From Candidatus Bathyarchaeota archaeon (GTDB lineage Archaea; Thermoproteota; Bathyarchaeia; Bathyarchaeales; Bathycorpusculaceae), in assembly GCA_963811105.1 (NCBI GenBank), contig CAWEPZ010000001.1, positions 1-64,000 of the forward strand: DNA of 64,000 bases, read 5' to 3'. The notes under the pieces are model-generated. The model did not search any database and had not been told where the DNA came from. It saw nothing but the letters and a program-made list of their open reading frames with translations. Of this stretch, positions 61,747-64,000 are shown piece by piece; position 1 is the first letter of the stretch, and each line of letters opens with the position of its first letter. A program made the position numbers and the translations under genes.

Positions 61747-61995
61747 TTAGGATTTTTGAATTGAGCGGAAAACTGTGTGCCCGTTTTTTGTTACTGATTC
61801 TAAATTGTATTCATCAAGGATTTTGTCTAAGCATCCTTCTTCATCTGGGGAAGGAGTCCAACTAACGCCAAGAACCCAACTTTTTGTTTCTTTATTTTGT
61901 GATATGATTACCGCTTGTGCATCATAGAATGAAGCGCAATTAGCCATTATTTTTCTTAGCACTCTTATAGCGTCATATCTGTTCATATTTGACAC
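61747..61995 (-). CDS. Hypothetical protein
   Basis: Globular-looking 82-aa ORF convergent with the previous gene. Confidence 0.5.
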   Translation of the reverse strand: MSNMNRYDAIRVLRKIMANCASFYDAQAVIISQNKETKSWVLGVSWTPSPDEEGCLDKILDEYNLESVTKNGHTVFRSIQKS

Positions 61996-62308
61996 TCAAG
62001 GGGTAACCCGCTATTGTACGCACATTAACTTAAGCTTATGCTAAATCCGTCTTTTTCTTAACATAGAAGCTGCTAAGCAATCACCAACATGCTTAATTGG
62101 AATCTTTTCAAAAAAGAACACGGTTACCTCAACATATCCGTTCTTCTGAATACAAATCGTTTTAAATACATTAAGCCGTAGACACGAACTATCCGCGAAT
62201 AACACGTTGCAGGAGAAGGAGACTTTGCTTTTTACATATTAGTTCACCGAAAGAAGAGTAACACTTTTTAAGCAACTTTTTTATTTGCGAGATGCTCGTT
62301 AATAAAAC

Positions 62309-62536
62309 ATGGAAATCATTCTTTTTGTACTGGGGATAATTCTTATTATCATAGGTTTGCCATTTTGTTTCTCTTGTCAAATTCATATGCTTTGGGAAAA
62401 TATTTCAAACCCTAAGAGAAATCAAACAAATCAACCGACAAACCAACATATAACACGCGACAGGGCTATTAGCCTATTTTTCATAATGATTGGCATTATT
62501 ATAATCGTTCTTAGCTTCGCAGGTTCAGTTATGTGA
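62309..62536 (+). CDS. Small two-TM membrane protein
   Basis: Two hydrophobic helices. Confidence 0.45.
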   Translation: MEIILFVLGIILIIIGLPFCFSCQIHMLWENISNPKRNQTNQPTNQHITRDRAISLFFIMIGIIIIVLSFAGSVM

Positions 62537-62782
62537 AATAGAACCATCATAAATCTCTTCTTAGGCAACTTCAGAGTATTAACATATTGAATTTGAATCT
62601 CTAATATCTTGCAGGGGCAAAAATCCGCTTGGTTGCAGGGGTAAACTCTCGCTTTTTTGGGGTACAATTTGTTTTCCCATAACAGCTGTTTGAAAACTTG
62701 CCGAATTGGATTCCCTTAATAATAAGGATAGGAAAAAGCTAATAATTCCTCTGCCTCGATTTTCGGTTAATTTATACTAATA

Positions 62783-64000
62783 TTATTTTTCTGTTTTTTT
62801 GATTTTTGCTTTTTCGTTTTTATCTTTGGTTTTGCGTTTGGGCATTCTTGGGAAAGAAGCATATAATGCTGATGCTCTTGCACGGATAATTTTCTTGGTT
62901 TCAATCGTAACAGGAGATTTTGCAATAAGTTCATCAAGCTTCTTCTTGTTTTTTTCTATGCTTTCTGTGAATTCTTCGCTGGATATTTCGCCCTCTGATT
63001 TCAGCTTTCTTAATTGTTCAATATGCGAAGCCATCAACTCAAATTGTTCCTCAATTATTATATCTGAAACAATGTCAGTTTGGGGCATTCTTTTCCTAAC
63101 ATATCGAAACAGCAAAGGCACCTGAAGCACGATTGAGATAAATGCTACACCCAACACCATTGCGTTTATGGTTTGGATATCGCTCAGGGTAATGACGGCT
63201 GAAGTTGCTATTGTCGCCGCTAGAGCTATTGACAAGGCACCTTTAACTCCGCCAAGCATGGCTACATTATACCATACTGCGGATATCTTGTTTCCAAATT
63301 TGTTAAAGACCCCAAGGATTGGATAAACTGTGGCAGCTCTGGCTACAGTTACGGCGGCGAATGCAGCAATAATAAGCAGAATTGATTGTGAAAGAGTGAT
63401 AATATTTGTCTGGAAGCCGATTATCAGAAAGGCTATTGTGTTGCCAAGGAATGCGGCTATAGCCCAAAAGGTCGTTACCGCTTCTCGTGAGGCGGGTTCC
63501 ATGGCAGTTCGCATTGTGTAGTTGCCAAAGTATAAACCTGCAACTGCGACCGCAATTAGCCCTGAAGCGCCTATTCCATTTGCTAGAGCATATGACCCGT
63601 AAACAACTGCTATCGCTAAGATGGTTTCAGCTACTCGGTCCTCTATCAAACTTGATAGTAATTCACCTATGAATGCAACTACCAGCCCGATGAAGACACC
63701 TGCACCAAGAGTAAAGCCAAAGCTGAACAATGTTTGCGTTAAAGAGAACTCTTGAAGACTAATAGCGGAAAGAATTAAAGTAAAAATAACAATACCGGTT
63801 GCGTCGTTGAAAGCCGCTTCTGTATCAAGCAACGTTGAAAGTTCAGAGGGAACCTTTACACGTCGAAAAACTTCTAAAACCGTAACCGTATCTGTGGGAG
63901 CAATTAACGCCGCGAAAAGAAAAGAAACATACGGAGAAAGACCAACAATCTTCCACAAAATAAGCCCTCCAACAACAGTCGCTATCAAGACGCCAACGGT
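62783..64000 (-). CDS. CPA1 Na+/H+ antiporter (NhaP-like), 5' end outside the window
   Basis: APTDTVTV, EAAFNDATG, SGLIAV, GGVKGALSIALA. Confidence 0.92.
   Translation of the reverse strand, partial: TVGVLIATVVGGLILWKIVGLSPYVSFLFAALIAPTDTVTVLEVFRRVKVPSELSTLLDTEAAFNDATGIVIFTLILSAISLQEFSLTQTLFSFGFTLGAGVFIGLVVAFIGELLSSLIEDRVAETILAIAVVYGSYALANGIGASGLIAVAVAGLYFGNYTMRTAMEPASREAVTTFWAIAAFLGNTIAFLIIGFQTNIITLSQSILLIIAAFAAVTVARAATVYPILGVFNKFGNKISAVWYNVAMLGGVKGALSIALAATIATSAVITLSDIQTINAMVLGVAFISIVLQVPLLFRYVRKRMPQTDIVSDIIIEEQFELMASHIEQLRKLKSEGEISSEEFTESIEKNKKKLDELIAKSPVTIETKKIIRARASALYASFPRMPKRKTKDKNEKAKIKKTEK

Overview
Archaeal chromosomal window, most consistent with Bathyarchaeia (unsplit Rpo2, fused Rpo1 A'/A'', CdvA-like protein, PQQ beta-propeller surface proteins, many TTG starts). 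1-12.2 kb is an accessory region downstream of tRNA-Lys. It holds two inverted, frameshifted beta-propeller paralogs, a structured ~200-bp repeat in three copies, and probable provirus remnants. 12-47 kb is mostly core: valS/nadX, a TPP riboswitch with thiT, RimK-like ligase, P1B ATPase, glpX, an AOR cluster, intron-containing tRNA-Leu, pepF, a methyltransferase, and rpoB-rpo1-L30e-nusA. Convergent with nusA is a translationally coupled three-gene operon: a short Smc5/6-like ATPase, an Nse4/ScpA-like kleisin and a MAGE/Nse3-like KITE protein. 50-62 kb is rich in small stress-type genes (CsbD, DUF5670, C2H2 microproteins, TFS paralog, DUF5752) whose promoters share a 22-bp palindrome next to the TATA box. 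All family calls come from motif recognition by eye; no searches were run.
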